A stretch of 64,000 bases of DNA from Octopus sinensis (lineage: Eukaryota): positions 13,888,001 to 13,952,000 of the forward strand of contig NC_043012.1 of NCBI RefSeq assembly GCF_006345805.1, in the 5' to 3' direction. Made by a program: the position numbers and the translations under genes. Below are positions 26,777 to 40,544 of this stretch, piece by piece. Each line of letters starts with the position of its first letter. The first letter of the stretch is position 1. The notes below the pieces were generated by a model that saw nothing but the letters and a program-made list of their open reading frames with translations, was not told the DNA's origin and did no database searches.

Positions 26777-28060
26777 TAAGTTACTGTATGATTACTTTAT
26801 TGCCACCTTGTATATCAGACCAGCGCCACAAGGCATAATAAAAGTTTTCTGGTATTTCACTCATTGTTATTGTCACACATTAAGCCCAGATCATTTAAGT
26901 GTGTGTGTGTGTGTTTGTGTGTATGCTTGTGTGTGTGTGTGCATGCGCGCGCGATTGTGTTTGTGTGTGCAGGCGCACTTGCATTTATTCCGTGCAATTT
27001 TGAATGGTGTTACCTGCCGCTATTTCTTTTTCGAATATGATGAATTAAATAAATACATTACCTCCTAAAATGGATTAGCTGCGACAGTCTTTCATACACG
27101 GACACCACATTGATTTTCCATTGTGAATAATGTGTTGCGCACTTTCAAGATGTTACACCATGCAAGATATTGTCAGTCAAATACAGTGCAGATTTTGTAA
27201 CGCTGTGATGACAGAGAAATAACAGAACTTCAGCTATATTATATTCTTAAAAATATCTCGCGTCAAATGTTTTACGATCGACAAAAACGTACAGAAACGT
27301 ACAAACTACTTTTTATACACGGTAATTGAATATGATTTCCAGTCTCTCATTTATCACAGTAGGAGAACATTTTGGAATGTGCATCTTATATACGCGACCG
27401 AGGTGCCACACACACACATGCACACACACACATACACACGCGCACGCATACACACACACACATATATATTTATATGTGTGTGTGAGAGAGAGAGAGAGAG
27501 GGAGTGAGAGAGGGCGAGAGTGAGAGAGAGAGTGAGAGAGAGAGCGAGAGTGAGAGAGAGAGAATAAATATGAGTAAATGCTTGAGGAATTATATAATTT
27601 TCCTACAGGGACATCAGAAAACCAATGAGCAATTATTGAATAGATAAAAACATTAGGTTAAATGGATATATATATATATATATTATATATATATATATAT
27701 ACATATCAATATATTCTCATCGGAAATAAATACATTTTTGCATATGTATGAAAGAAACTGTCTCAACTTTTGTTTGTAAAGCAAACATGATGCAATTCGA
27801 TTGTTCTAATACCTCTAGGGTTTCTCATCATATGAAATGATTTATGAGATCAATAAATCACACGCAACTGACATGCAGAATGCCTAATCATAAGCAGAAA
27901 AGCATTAAGCGTATTGAACCAATTCATGTAGAGCTTAGCAACATATCTTCTATGAAAATTGTATCTCACAATCATGACAATACAAACATGCGTTTATAGT
28001 TATATAATTTCATATGCACATACACACACATACGCACGCACGCACGCACACACACACATC

Positions 28061-28100
<40 letters not shown>

Positions 28101-28129
28101 ATATATATATACATATACTCACACAACGT

Positions 28130-28535
28130 ATATACAGTGAATAAATTGTCTAAATTACGCAAAAATGAAACAAAGACGGACACCTCATTTTAACAGATAT
28201 ATTTACCGAAATTATATTAAAATATCTTGAAATACTAAAGAGTGAATATATTTAATAAAAGCGCCATTGGCCTCAATCCCGGTCTACAGACGACTTTGGA
28301 ATCTCTTTCAAGTATTCTGGAAGGTCTCCTTGTTTAAGTTGTTGAATGCCGCCGTAATCCTTGCCTTCAGTTCATCTTTGGTGCTACAAGGAGTTTTGTT
28401 GCTCTCTCCCTTAACTGCGCCCCGCACATAAAAATCAAGGGGGCTGCAGCCTGGGGTGGCCAGATGTTAGGTGTGATGTGGTCGTAGAAATTGTCTGACA
28501 GCCATGACTCTGTTGTCCTGCATGTGTGGCATGTT
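28130..28535 (-). mobile_element. Tc1/mariner transposase C-terminal remnant
   Basis: SWLSDNFYDHITPNIWP...PLDFYVRGAV...KDELKARITAAF...IEANG. Confidence 0.85.
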
Positions 28536-28589
28536 TCAGAGTCCTCTTCCTAGACATTGGGTCTTCCAGCATCCACCATCTTGGCCCAA

Positions 28590-28704
28590 GTCCAATATTG
28601 GCGCCCTAAGCATAACACCAACTTGAACTTCCAGGTTGTTGTCTCTTGAGGTATCTGGGTGAGACTTGGAGCCAACTTGTACAAATGTAAAGCAAAAGTC
28701 AAAC

Positions 28705-28706
<2 letters not shown>
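28590..28706 (+). mobile_element. Probable R4/Dong-type LINE 3' UTR end
   Basis: Ends AAAGCAAAAGTCAAACAT directly into (TAA)n; recognised from memory only. Confidence 0.5.
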
Positions 28707-28758
<52 letters not shown>

Positions 28759-28773
28759 TAATAATAATAATAA
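28707..28773. repeat. (TAA)n microsatellite
   Basis: Direct inspection. Confidence 0.97.
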
Positions 28774-28774
28774 T

Positions 28775-29140
28775 TCCCCGGCGAAGAATGAACATGTGTG
28801 GCGAGAGCAGGATCACTGTGAAAGAAGAAGAAAAATAAGCAACTCTGACAATTTGAAGTGGGAAATAAGAAGTTTGTGGTCAATGAAGAGAGTAGACGTG
28901 ATACCAATAGTAATTGGTGCTCTTGGAAGTATCGGCACTCAACTACCAACATGGTTCTAAAGGATCGGTGCAAGTGCGAAGGTAGAACAACTACAAAAAT
29001 CAGTGATGGTTTGGAATTGCAAGAATTCTTTGCTGAGTCCTTGAAGCAAGACCAGTAAAAAAGTGTCACCTTAGTATGCTGTCTGTGGACAGCTGGCACT
29101 TTCCATCATACCCAGCAAAATAAGTTGTGAGTTTTCATAG
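28775..29140 (+). mobile_element. R4/Dong-type REL LINE 3' fragment
   Basis: LKWEIRSLWSMKRVDVIPIVIGALGSIG...VEQLQKSV matches the R4-clade C-terminus. Confidence 0.85.
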
Positions 29141-30084
29141 AAGAAGAAGAAGAAGAGATGGAATTTCAATAACAATATTCTTGGGAACCCACGAATGACT
29201 CTTGAAATCATGATACAATGCAATGAAAGAATTAACGGCGAGAGTGAAGCTATAGACGATCATGGTGAAGGTTTCCCGCCAGGCACGTCCGAAACCGCCC
29301 GCATCATAGGCAGTGGTCTGGCCTCGGATGGTCGTTATGTCACAACAGATCACATACCCGGCGTGCGCATAAATAGACATAAATGGCCGAAGGAGGGTTA
29401 CGATGCACTTATTGAATGGCATTGGCTTCAAAATTCTTCTTCTTAGAAGACCGTTTGTCTGGGGTATTATGTTCGTAAATATTTTTTACCACCAGATCAC
29501 TGGCATTTTTTCGACACATGCACCCGTACACATTTACATATACATATCTAGCCACGTGTACACACGCACTCACACACGCACGCGCACACTCTTACACACA
29601 TAACTACACACATGCTGTTGATAAAGAAGCGCGCATAAACATACTCATACAGAAGTATACTCGCTCTGCCCATCATATTGAGTCACGTCAATTCCTCGCA
29701 AGTTACGTACTACCATTGTTCACAGCACTCAGTCAATGTAAGACCATCAAATTTATCCACATACATGATGTAGCTAAATATTTATCGATATTTATAGACA
29801 CAGGCGTAGCTTTGCCACTAAAATGCTTAACTTTTAAGCACTTAGTACCAAAATACAGAATCTTCTTCAGTATGCTTCACTGTAGTCTCTCTCTATCAAG
29901 GCTTTGTGAGTGAATTTGGTAGAAGGTTATTGTTTGGAAACCTGTCTTGTATGTGTGTATGTGTGCGCGTGTGTGTGTTTTCACTTTGTCGCCTCCACCA
30001 CCAATGTTTTGACAACCTGTTTCAGTTTGTTTAACTCTGTAACGTAGCGGTTTGTTAAATTATTATCTGATATAATGTTTCTTT

Positions 30085-30372
30085 TTTTTATTTTGCGCCC
30101 TTTTCGAGCCTAACCAGGCTCATGGGCTCTGTTTCCCGGTTTCTATGGTGTATGTGTTCCCCCCAGCATTACTCAGGAAACAGGAAGAAAGACTGAGAGA
30201 AAGTTGGGGCGAAAGAGTACAACAGGAGTCGCCACCACCCCCTGCCGTAGCCTCGTGGAGCTTTAGGTATTTTCGCTCAATAAACACACACACAGCGCCC
30301 GGTCTGGAATTCGAAACCGCGATCCTCCGACCGCGAGTTCGCTGCTCTAACCACTGCGCCATTGCACCTCCA
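30085..30372 (-). mobile_element. tRNA-derived SINE family B with an alternative tail
   Basis: A box TGGCGCAGTGGTT, B box GGTTTCGAATTCC, body shared with the 42345 copy, tail CCCATGAGCCTGGTTAGGCTCGAAAAGGGCGC plus poly-A. Confidence 0.9.
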
Positions 30373-32049
30373 CGATATAATGTGTACCAGACTTAAATAA
30401 ATAAGCATAAACACAGACGTACCACGAGCATGGTCGTTGGATTATCACATTGTATATTGCAGAAATGTGCCCAACATCGTTGATCTGAGTATCAATCAAT
30501 GTTAAATATGGCCGGTTCATAAAATCGAGCAATGTATGTATGCAGTTCTACATTTAAGACATGAGGGATTATATACATTATTTACTTTATCATTATTATT
30601 AACATTTGACGCATATTTGTCCTCATCAAACAAGATGAGGACAAATATCTGCCAAATATAAATAATGTAAATAATGTAAATATATGTATGCTTCTACAGA
30701 ATATAACATATTTATGCTGACAGCGAAATGTAGTTATCGATACGTATGAATAAATAAACACTGAACGTAAAGATACCACGAGTAGGATATATTGTGAATT
30801 TTAATACAACATATGCCCCATTACCTCTCTCGCATATTTGCATAAATATAGATCTCAGTATATAACGTGATGTCACTATGCATCCGGAGTTTTTCAGAGA
30901 CTAAATCTCAGACTTTATTGACAGTTGGAAACTTTTTGAAGACAATTCTTTGACATATACAATCGAATTCATAGAACGTAATGGCTTGTTTTTCACTTCA
31001 ATACATATTTTAAAAAGCAAAAGTGAACAAATGCATTTGATATTATACAAAAGTTGCGATGATTGACCTTAGGACAAATTCAATTTTCAGAAAATACAAT
31101 GTTTATGCCGACATCAGATAAACGAATGGAATGCTTGTTTTCAAATAGTAGTCACGATATTTTTGTTGGAAAATGAATATTAAATTGAACTAAATGTACG
31201 CAGGAGTAACGCTTGGAAATTTAATTTTAAAATATTTATTGTCATATTGCAAACTAATAAAGAAAACTTAATTTGTTCAAAATATTAATGTGTGTAATGT
31301 CTTTTGCAAATAACAAAAATAGAATACATTGGTTGATGAATGTTTTATATGCATAATTGTAATTATGCATGTATCCAATGCAATAGATTTTATTTCACAC
31401 AAGCCCTGCATTATGAATCTTGCAACGTCATCTAGGGAAATCAAAACAAAAAATTGTCTTTTCAAATAGATTGATCTAGCGATCTCAACTCACGCGAGGT
31501 TTCGACCTCCGCTCTATAACATAATAAAAGATGTCTCTATTATTGCAGTACACATACTGTTTGAATGTTGTAGTTTTCGTATATTGTATTTATTTTCTGT
31601 GAGATGGACTCACCCATTTCAAAGTTAAGAGTTTGGGCAACTGAGATAACGTATGCGGTACGGACAGACGACCTTTCAGTTACAATAATAAACCCTTTTA
31701 TGACCAGCTATTATATATGAAATGCAAACTGGGTAGATATAAATTTACCAAGAATTCGTTGTTCTCTATCTCTTCGTCTCTCTCTTCCCCATCTCTCTCT
31801 CTCTCTACCATACCGGGTTGGCTAAACGTCGCTAAGCTAACTGCACATTGTACTCTGGAGGTATTTATCTGGTAACTTCAAGCGGTGCACCAACGGCGCT
31901 TTTATACTTCGTAAACATTGTGTTTGCTGTTTGATTTATTGAAAAGGAAACTAGAGAAGTGTGGTGTACAGAAACGACTTCACATATTCTTTTTCATAGC
32001 TTCAGTAAAGATAGGGTCTACTGAATTAAACTCAATCATAAGCAATATA

Positions 32050-32330
32050 TAGGATCAGATAAAATGCAGAGATTAAGAAACGGTTGGTTACAAGAACCTC
32101 TGCTTTATGATAAGCAACAGGTATTATTCTTCCATGTAGGATTTTCTTACATGTACTATTAGATGGTTGCATGAACATACATCATTTCACGAACAGAAGA
32201 ATATAACTGCATCTGTCTTTAGTCAGACTAAGCATTATTCTAATGATTGGTTTGAGGATCCCAGGTTTTACTTTGGAAATTCATGAGATACTATTGTACA
32301 GTTGAACATTTAATTGAGAAACGATTATAG
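32050..32330 (+). mobile_element. Possible BEL/Pao integrase zinc-binding remnant
   Basis: IILPC/DFLTCTIRWLHEHTSFH resembles the IILP..H.LT.LIIR..HE...H motif. Confidence 0.35.
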
Positions 32331-34014
32331 TGATTGTAAATTATTTCTATGTAGTTGTATGTCTTTGTTAAGAAATTGCAATGTAGTAATTAATCTCAAC
32401 AAAAACATCTCGCAGAAGTGTTCACACTTCCATTTACAATGATCATTAAGAAATATTAGGTAAACATCGAAATAAAACGATCTGGTAGTTATTTTTGGAA
32501 GAAAAGTTTATTCATGCCAAGTATTATTCAAATAAACCCGTTTCTTAAAGAATTTATGAGACAAGGGACATGTTTTTTTTAATTTCCCAAATCAATGAAA
32601 ATGGTTAAAATACTTCAATTAGGTTTTCTAATTTTACAATATTCTTTAATACTTCTGGAACAGAAGATGTAACAAACATTATTCGTAATTTTATACAAAA
32701 ATATTGACGAAGTATTTTCGCTTTGCATATTGGAATGATAATATAAAATATTATTACTAATGCTCAGAATTCATCATTTAGTTGAGTTCAGTCTATCAAT
32801 TTCTTCATCTATCCTACTTCATATTTTAACTGTAAATTAACGTATTCATATATAGTAATACTTCACAATAATTTGTACTAGTTGATCAGTCCATGAATAA
32901 GGGGGTAATTCCCATGACATTATTAATAATTCCTAGATAGATACTAAAATATATTGGTAGTGTTGCTAAAAAACAGAAGCAAAAATATATCATGTTTTTT
33001 TAATTATTTTTTTATGTCGATTCGGAGACATTCTACAGCGTTAACTAAAATACCTTTTTCTGTTTTTTACCTTTTGAGTTAAATATTGCGTTTGATATGA
33101 ATCAACTATCCTTTCCTAAGGTTATGTCGCCATACGACTGCCTTTGGAAAGAAGTTTGAAGGTGCTATAATACATCGTAATGCATATGCAAGGAAACGAG
33201 ATGCAAATAAATGAAATGGCATCTGAAATGCATTTATCATATGGATCTCAGAACAACCTGCGTGTATGTTTGGGCATACACATGAGAGCATCTGTTTGAG
33301 TGTCTATTCATTTGCGTATGCCTCCATTCGTGCGAAGTTGAATGGTTATGTGCGTGTGATCGCACGCTTGAGTGAACGGGCAGCCTGCGAATAAATTTGA
33401 TTTACAGAACAATTTACAAATAGACATGCTCGAGACTGTATATATAATACCGGATCAAGTTTGACCCAAATAACATAAAACCTCAAGACGGACAAATGTA
33501 TTTCTCAATTTCAGACAGTTGCCTTTGTTGCTATTGTTATGTTTTCTTATGATTACATCGGCCCAAAAACCTTCTTGTTTACTTCCTTTCTTTCTACTGT
33601 GTATAGGTGTGTTACGGAAGAAGGTTTCTTAGAATAAATAGTCCAAGATAAGAAATCTGATAGCCAAGACGTTTAATCAATATCCGTTAGCCCCACAGCT
33701 AAACGTTAGATGGAGAGGGTGGAGCCAAGCTGCTCCTGTGGAGAAGGGGGTAAAATTTCACAGTGAAACATAGTGAGGTCGGGAAAACAATTATTCATGC
33801 TAGCAAACAATTAGTGGACGTTTTAGGCTTCCTCGTTTGTTGTATTGTGTTTTTCATGCTAATTGTTTCTGGGAGGAGCGACTAATTTTCTTAAATTGTC
33901 CTTTGCTCATTATTAGGGTATGGGCTTTCACAGTGAACACCTTCTTGACTGGATGAATTTTACCCCAAGGTATTCTCTTGGCCACTAATCTTCAGTTGGT
34001 TTGTTAGGTCACTC

Positions 34015-34570
34015 TTTAGTACTGGTAAAATGTAACCCAGTACAACCTGTCACATGGTCGGGTTTTCGGCGGCTAAACTGGCAACCCATTCAAGCTTGCT
34101 TGGTAAGGAGCGTGATTGTTGGACAACTTGCGGGATGAAAAATAAGACCCGTCAATGGGCGGAAGAACTACCGTCTAGTTAACGGCCAATTCAACAAGAA
34201 CCTTGTAGCAGGGAAGTGCCTGTGTGCTCCAGTGACCCGGAAAGCTATGCTTGAGGGAGAGAAATGTTGAGGCAGGTCTTACTAGGCCAAATAGATCGAA
34301 GGGTAGGAGACAGACAAAACCTTAATCATTAGAAGAGTAAACCTCAATGACAATAAATCGAAGCGTCGGCAGCAGGGCATGGAATTCTTTATCGGACCTA
34401 ACAGATCAGATTCGTGGCTTTGAACTAACAGGGTGTCTTCAATACAAGACAATGGTTGAGACCCTAATATTTCTAGTTTGATGGAAACTGCGGAACCACA
34501 TGGAGCAACGCCCTGTGACCTTTATAGTATGCACAAATGAAACCCCTATGGAAGGAGGTGTTCCCAGGGA
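34015..34570 (+). mobile_element. Probable RTE LINE 5' UTR remnant
   Basis: GC-richer non-coding block; its start is homologous to the reverse complement of 46140-46235. Confidence 0.5.
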
Positions 34571-35699
34571 CGACCTAGATATATAGATGGTTTGTGAAAT
34601 AATTTAAGTCCGGTCTCTGAGTCGTCTCATGAAATTGATTGTTTTCTACATCGGTCTTTTGAGGTGTAATGTATTTGAAATGATTGGAATATTACTTGTG
34701 CAGGAATGACATTTATTGGCGGTCACTGTAAAAAAAGTGTTTTTCTTCTTTCTTAACATTGCTCAGCTAAACGGATCCAACAATCATAACCCTTGATCTC
34801 AATCAACATTGAAACGTTATATGAAAATGTAACCTCTGAAGAATACTTTTTACCCTCTAAATTATGAGAGAGTCCTCCATAACCAATTTGTTTCCCAAGA
34901 ATTAGGTCAACCCTAGCTTACACAAAAACACACATGTCCAAGGTCATCAAGGTTGTTAAACAAACTACTCGATTAGACTAACTTTTATCGTTACTCTCTT
35001 TTTGACACACACGCGCAAAAACACCTAGAATGAAAGATCTTATCAATGCGTGCTCATAAACACGTATTGACGCAAATATTTTGATAGATATTACTCAAGC
35101 AATAAACAAATAGATATTGTTTCAAAAACTGGAAGCCTTAAAGCGCAGAGTTTATCATTAAATACGGAGATGTAATTGCTTTCTTTTATGTGAAATGCTG
35201 TCAGAATTGCATATAAGTTACTGAATGACCAGAATGACCACAACGGCCAGAACATAATGAGTATTATCACTTAAGTTGAATGCATTTCACATCGTATTGT
35301 GCTAGAGCATAGAAACCATGTATCGAAATAACACTTCCTGCAACCTATTATGCCTTATCAATAGAATAATAAACTTATTTCACGACACCATTGTTCGAAG
35401 CAAATCAGTATCTACAAAATAGTGATAATTATTACTGTTCTCTAATGCTAACAGCATCTCCAAATTCATTTCAACTAAGATATTAAAATAGAAAATGTGT
35501 GAATATTTATTTTCCTGTTGAGAAATGATATTACAATTCCAAACATAATATGAGCTGTTGAGATACATCTGAATACTTAATTTATGTAGTATTAAAAAGT
35601 TTATATATAACAGCTGAAAACAGAACCCAAGGAAATATATGGTACCACGCGATAATTTGTCTACCTGGGCAACTCACTCAGCCGTTCTTGCTCCCCGAA

Positions 35700-36720
35700 T
35701 GATGAAATATCTTTCAGGCTGCAGATAGCGACTTATTCCTCCTAGTCTGTTCAATCTCGTGTCTGGTCCCAGCATGGCATCTCAAGGCAAGCAAAAATTG
35801 CAATTTGTGCTTGCCTTGAGTGTACAAACATTCCTCTTTTACTCATTTGAGACATAGACCCTTTACAAGCGTCATGTAAAAGCCTTTGAACGCTTCCATA
35901 AGAGATCGCTGAGACACATTCTGAATGTTGGCTGAACTTAATAACTCCAGACACACAGGTCTTGAGTATTGAAGCGATGGTGCACAAGCACCGATTACAT
36001 TGGACTAGACACATTGGAATGCATCATCATCATTGTTCGACCGTAGTCAAGACAATGGAATTTACTATGTTACACCACCTGTATCCCTGAAGATTACATA
36101 AGGGTAGGAGAGTGTGCGCCCTCTGGTATCGCGAGCAGCTGGCTTCCAGAAGAGAAGAGTAGAAATTACCTCGTTTTCAGCTCTACAACAATGTCCAACA
36201 AACTGGACTCCGACCTTTCACAAGAGATGATACAGGTAGTAGTTTCCCATATATTTGTACTTTGGTTGGATGATGCTTCCACGAGAGATTTTGAGCCCTC
36301 ATAAGGAGGCGAGTGTAAGATCCATCCAACCGCATCTCAAGCTTCTTTGATTGAATGAAGGAAAACTGGATCCCTAAACAGATGCTGTATGGGGAACTTG
36401 TTAGTAGAAAGAGACTCCGGCAGAAACAAAGGCTGTGATTTAAGGAATGTGTCAAGTCCTCATTAAATGCCTGTAACATGCAGAATTTCGACTGGGAGAG
36501 CAATGCATATCATCAACACAGATAAAGGAAGTAAGTTAAGGAGGGGGTGGACACCTACGAAAAAGCACATATTCTTCTTGAAGAATTCCAGCACTCTGCT
36601 CGAAAATACGCTGTTAGTGGAGTGAGTGGTGAAAGCTTGGTCTGCAATGTTTGCATTTGCGTATGCCTGTCAAGAGCAGGGCTCATTAGCCACCAACGGA
36701 GCCTCAAATGCAAAATTCTA
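35700..36720 (+). mobile_element. RTE (BovB-like) LINE 3' fragment, interrupted
   Basis: VWSQHGIS...YKRHVKAFERFHKRSLRHIL, SIEAMVHKHRLHW, then after the insert RMKENWIPKQMLYGEL and C-terminal CNVC..VCLSRAGLISHQR. Confidence 0.9.
36022..36349 (-). mobile_element. Nested RTE-type LINE 3' fragment with (GAT)n tail
   Basis: LEMRLDGSYTRLLMRAQNLSWKHHPTK..., QFVGHCCRAENEVI; flanked by ATTGGAATG and ATTGAATG. Confidence 0.9.
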
Positions 36721-36797
36721 AGTCAGTCCGAGAGCGCACAATGTTGCTAAAGGAGAGGAATTGTCTTCCTCGATCACGAGTGGACGGCCATCATATG

Positions 36798-36835
<38 letters not shown>

Positions 36836-36837
36836 TA

Positions 36838-37150
36838 TTCGAGACAAAACCACTATTTTGCAAAACAAACAAGAAAAGACTTAATTAATACATAAAATTT
36901 TAATAAATAGTCACCTACCTCTACATGTATATATACATGCATATATGGGTACAGGACACCAAAAAACGTCGAACACAATGAGAAACGAAAACTAAAACAC
37001 AAAACCAAGGAAATGGACATTTTTCTTAAACAACGAAAAGATAGAGTACAGGACAAATAACACAAGGAAAATTCCCCTTCTTCAGTCGCCATGATTTCAT
37101 CTACTCTGCGTTTCGAAGATGAAGGCGATACGCATCTTCGATAGAAATTT
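36838..37150. repeat. Interspersed (TA)n-associated repeat, unclassified
   Basis: Start shared with 10745-10800; the CTTACCTCTACATGTATATATACATG-like segment recurs near 37700. Confidence 0.55.
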
Positions 37151-37773
37151 TCCTTCCCGCGAAAAGCAAATTAAATAAAATTTGAGATCTTTTTGCGGAG
37201 GGGTAAAAATGGTAACAAAAACAGGACAGTAACGACAGTTCAAAATATAAACAGTAAAAGACAGGACAAGGAGAATAACAAGACAAGAAGGGCTGTTAAG
37301 CCGAAAGAGATAAAGTGTTATGAACGCTATTTTTTAGAACGGCGAAGGAGCAACAGAAAATGCCGTCTACACTTCCAGAACTCCAGGCCAGAAAGGCAGT
37401 AGCAGAGCTCTCGTCGCGGGTCACCGACGGGAGGGAGAAGGAGGAGCAGGAGAAAGGGAAAGAAAAAAAGGGAATGGTTGTGAGGAAACCAGAAAGGATG
37501 AGAGAGAGGGAGAGACAGTAAGGTAGAAGAAAAGGAAATCAGAAAGAATGAAGGCTGAGAAAGGGAGGGGAGAGAAAGGTTAAGAGTGTGCATCATTATT
37601 AATATCAAGAACAATCTTACTTAGAAATTGATGCGTGCGTTCCTTCATATAATAAATTAATAAATAAAACATATGCATATATACATACATATATGTACGT
37701 ACTTACCTCTACATGTATATATACATGTATATATATATATATATATATACACATGTGTGTGTGTATGCATGTA

Positions 37774-37806
<33 letters not shown>

Positions 37807-37809
37807 CCG

Positions 37810-37915
37810 ATCACACTGCTTTGGACGGCCTGAGGTTATAATAGAAGGTACATTCCCAAAATGTCATGTAGTGGGACTGAAACCGGAAGCATGTGGTTGG
37901 GAAGCAACTTTTAAC
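37810..37915 (-). mobile_element. SINE family A 5' fragment, diverged
   Basis: Reverse complement of the family A head. Confidence 0.65.
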
Positions 37916-38122
37916 CAAACTTCTACGTCTACGCCTGTATGTTTGTGTATGTGACATGCTGAAATCATCTTCGCTTCGAGGGTCTTTAAAATAAAGATCA
38001 AGACGAAATTACAACTGCATAAAAAGTTATGTTAATGAGAAATAATCAACCATTCTCCAGAGTAAGTAAAACATTGGAATAATCTGTTTTTACTGGAGAG
38101 AAGAGGACAATTAACTTCATAT

Positions 38123-38680
38123 ATTCTTTTCTACTCTAGGCACAAGGCCCAAAATTTTGGGGGAGGGGGCCAGTCGATTAGATCGACCCCAGTGCGCAAC
38201 TGGTACTTTATTTATCTACCCCGAAATGATGAAAGGCAAAGCGACCTCGGCGGAATTTAAACGCAGAACGTAAAGACAGACGAAATACCTATTTCTTTAC
38301 TACCCACAAGTGGCTAAACACAGATGGGACGAACAAGGACAGACAAACGGATTAAGTCGATTATATCGACCCCAGTGCGTAACTGGTAATTATTTAATCG
38401 ATCTAGAAAGGACGAAAGTCAAAGTCCACCGAGGCTGAATTTGAACTCAAAACGTAGCGGCAGACGAAATACCTAAACACGGAGAGGACAAACAAGGGTA
38501 GACAAACGGATTAAGTCGATTATGTCGACTCTAGTGCGTAACTGGTACTTAATTTATCGTCCCCGAAAGGATGAAAGGCAAAGTCGACCTCGGCGGAATT
38601 TGAACTCAGAACGTAGCGACAGACGAAATACCGCTAAGCATTTCTCACGGCGTGCTAACGTTTCTGCCGCTCACCGCCTT
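38123..38680 (-). mobile_element. SINE family C with about 3 tandem internal modules
   Basis: Head AAGGCGG.GAGC.GCAGAA, with a ~170-185-bp module repeated. Confidence 0.9.
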
Positions 38681-38930
38681 CAAATAGCTTCATATATTAA
38701 CAGAGGAGATAATATACAAACATGCATATATATACATAAACACAGACACAAATACATACACACACACATGCACATACACACGTACGCTCAAATACGCACA
38801 TATATTCATAGAATTCGTTGTTTTGCATGTAAAGGAAGTTGTTGCTCTACATCATCTTCTTCAGGCACTAATGCATACTAACGGTACGTCTATAAGTGTC
38901 TATGCGCGAGTGCGTGTGAGTGAGTGTGTG

Positions 38931-38968
<38 letters not shown>

Positions 38969-39769
38969 TCTTGTGTGAATAATCTCGTCTCTTTGTTTGC
39001 GAAACTAGATTTTCCAATCTGTCTTTTCCTAATGTAAAAATATCTGTTGTGATATGATGGGAATTTAGCTGCTAAATCCATCTTATCGGGTACGGGTGCA
39101 CAATCTTTCTGTAGTCGAGTCGAACTAAAATTTCTAGTTGGCATGTAGTCCCGGATCTATTCAGCTAAAATGCTTTATATGATGGCGTTTCCAGTCAGGA
39201 TATTCTCGCTGTATGTAAGAAACTATAATGTTAAGTATTGTGTTAATTTAAGAGTGATTTGTGTGAGTTTGCGGGGTGGTGGAGGAGGCTAACTTTGGTG
39301 TTGTAAAGCGGTCTTTTGCCGATGTTGTATCTGTCTTTTGACGACGGTTGTCGCTCTAACAGATATTGTGTATATTCCGAAGTCGTCGATAGAATGGTTC
39401 TATCTGGCACTGTTCGACTGCCAGTCATACAATGTAATTATCCTCAAATGGTTGGAACGATATACTGTCCTCTAAATATCATAGTATAATTACTATATCT
39501 GCACAGACACGACTATCAACCCAGTCTACGCGTACTCTCGACCTTCCTGACCTTCTCCTGTCAACCGGCTACTGATCTGTTTATAATAGCAGGTTACTAC
39601 CACTTTTTTACTGGGAGGGATGTACAGTTTTATTATACAATAGTTAGCATGGTCGACTACGATAGTTTATAAAGCAACTATGTCTTAGGGGAAAGAATTT
39701 GGGTGTTAACAATCGTGTTTCGAAATTATAATACATTTATTCTCTTGTTTTAGATACTTCCATGCGCAC

Positions 39770-40200
39770 CACATGGCCAGTTGCACCTTGATAAGGAAAC
39801 TCTCAATGCCTAGAATATCTTGCAAGATGTGATATTCTTGGCCTATAGAGTCCCTTAATGTGGACCTGAGATTTTTTGGTTATGTCGTACGCATGGAAAA
39901 CAACCACCTACCTAAAACGTTCTCTGGTTAGGTTGGTTCCAGGATCCATTATGCAGACCCTCTAATGATCTGCTTCAAAAACTGTCTGATAAACCTCAGG
40001 AATCAGAGTACTGAACAGAGTCCAATTGAGAAACTCCTGCTACCAAATTTTCTCCGATATCAAGGAGGCCAGTATCAATATCCTGGGTGAGAAATAACCT
40101 CAGCTAAAAGCCAGGTTAGATGTACCCCTAAAATGACGGAGACCACTTCTACAACGTTTGCAACCGGGTCCGCAAATCCCTGAATCGCCACGTGAGATGA
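39770..40200 (+). mobile_element. Highly decayed RTE 3' fragment
   Basis: LRFFGYVVRMENNHLPK and a terminal NVCNRVRKSLNRHVR. Confidence 0.55.
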
Positions 40201-40543
40201 CCAGGCAAAACATCTGAGAATAGGGTATAGTTGTAACTTATTGAATGTTCAAATACCGAAGCGATGAGCGATTCCAGCAAATATTTAATTAAAAAAGAAG
40301 TTGTATAAAAATGCAGCAAATTTATTACTTGCCACCAGATTCTCCAGTGACGTATTCCAAAACTTTCTTCCTGTGTTTTCCAATGATAAACTAGCTGACG
40401 CAGTCATCCTTCATTTTACCACATATTGATATCGGAGTCGATTATAATGATAAATATTTGTACCCCACAAGGTTAATTCTTTTCGTTCCTCAAAAAATTT
40501 CACCAAGAGACTTCATCTTAAATTGTGCATTTTAAATTGTATC

Positions 40544-40544
<1 letters not shown>

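Noticed and set aside
29160-29440. Small ORFs between (GAA)n and (TTC)n
   Set aside because: No identifiable protein motif; likely a decayed LINE end.
33620-33680. Hammerhead-like CGGAAGA plus 10-bp stem plus GATA
   Set aside because: Both core halves are mutated and there is no stem III pairing.
37065-37150. Hammerhead on the minus strand (CTGAAGA; CGAAACGC)
   Set aside because: The core halves are in the wrong order; it is only a GAAGATG/CATCTTC hairpin.
39200-39600. PLE C-terminal remnant on the minus strand
   Set aside because: Only vague motif similarity, not enough to call.
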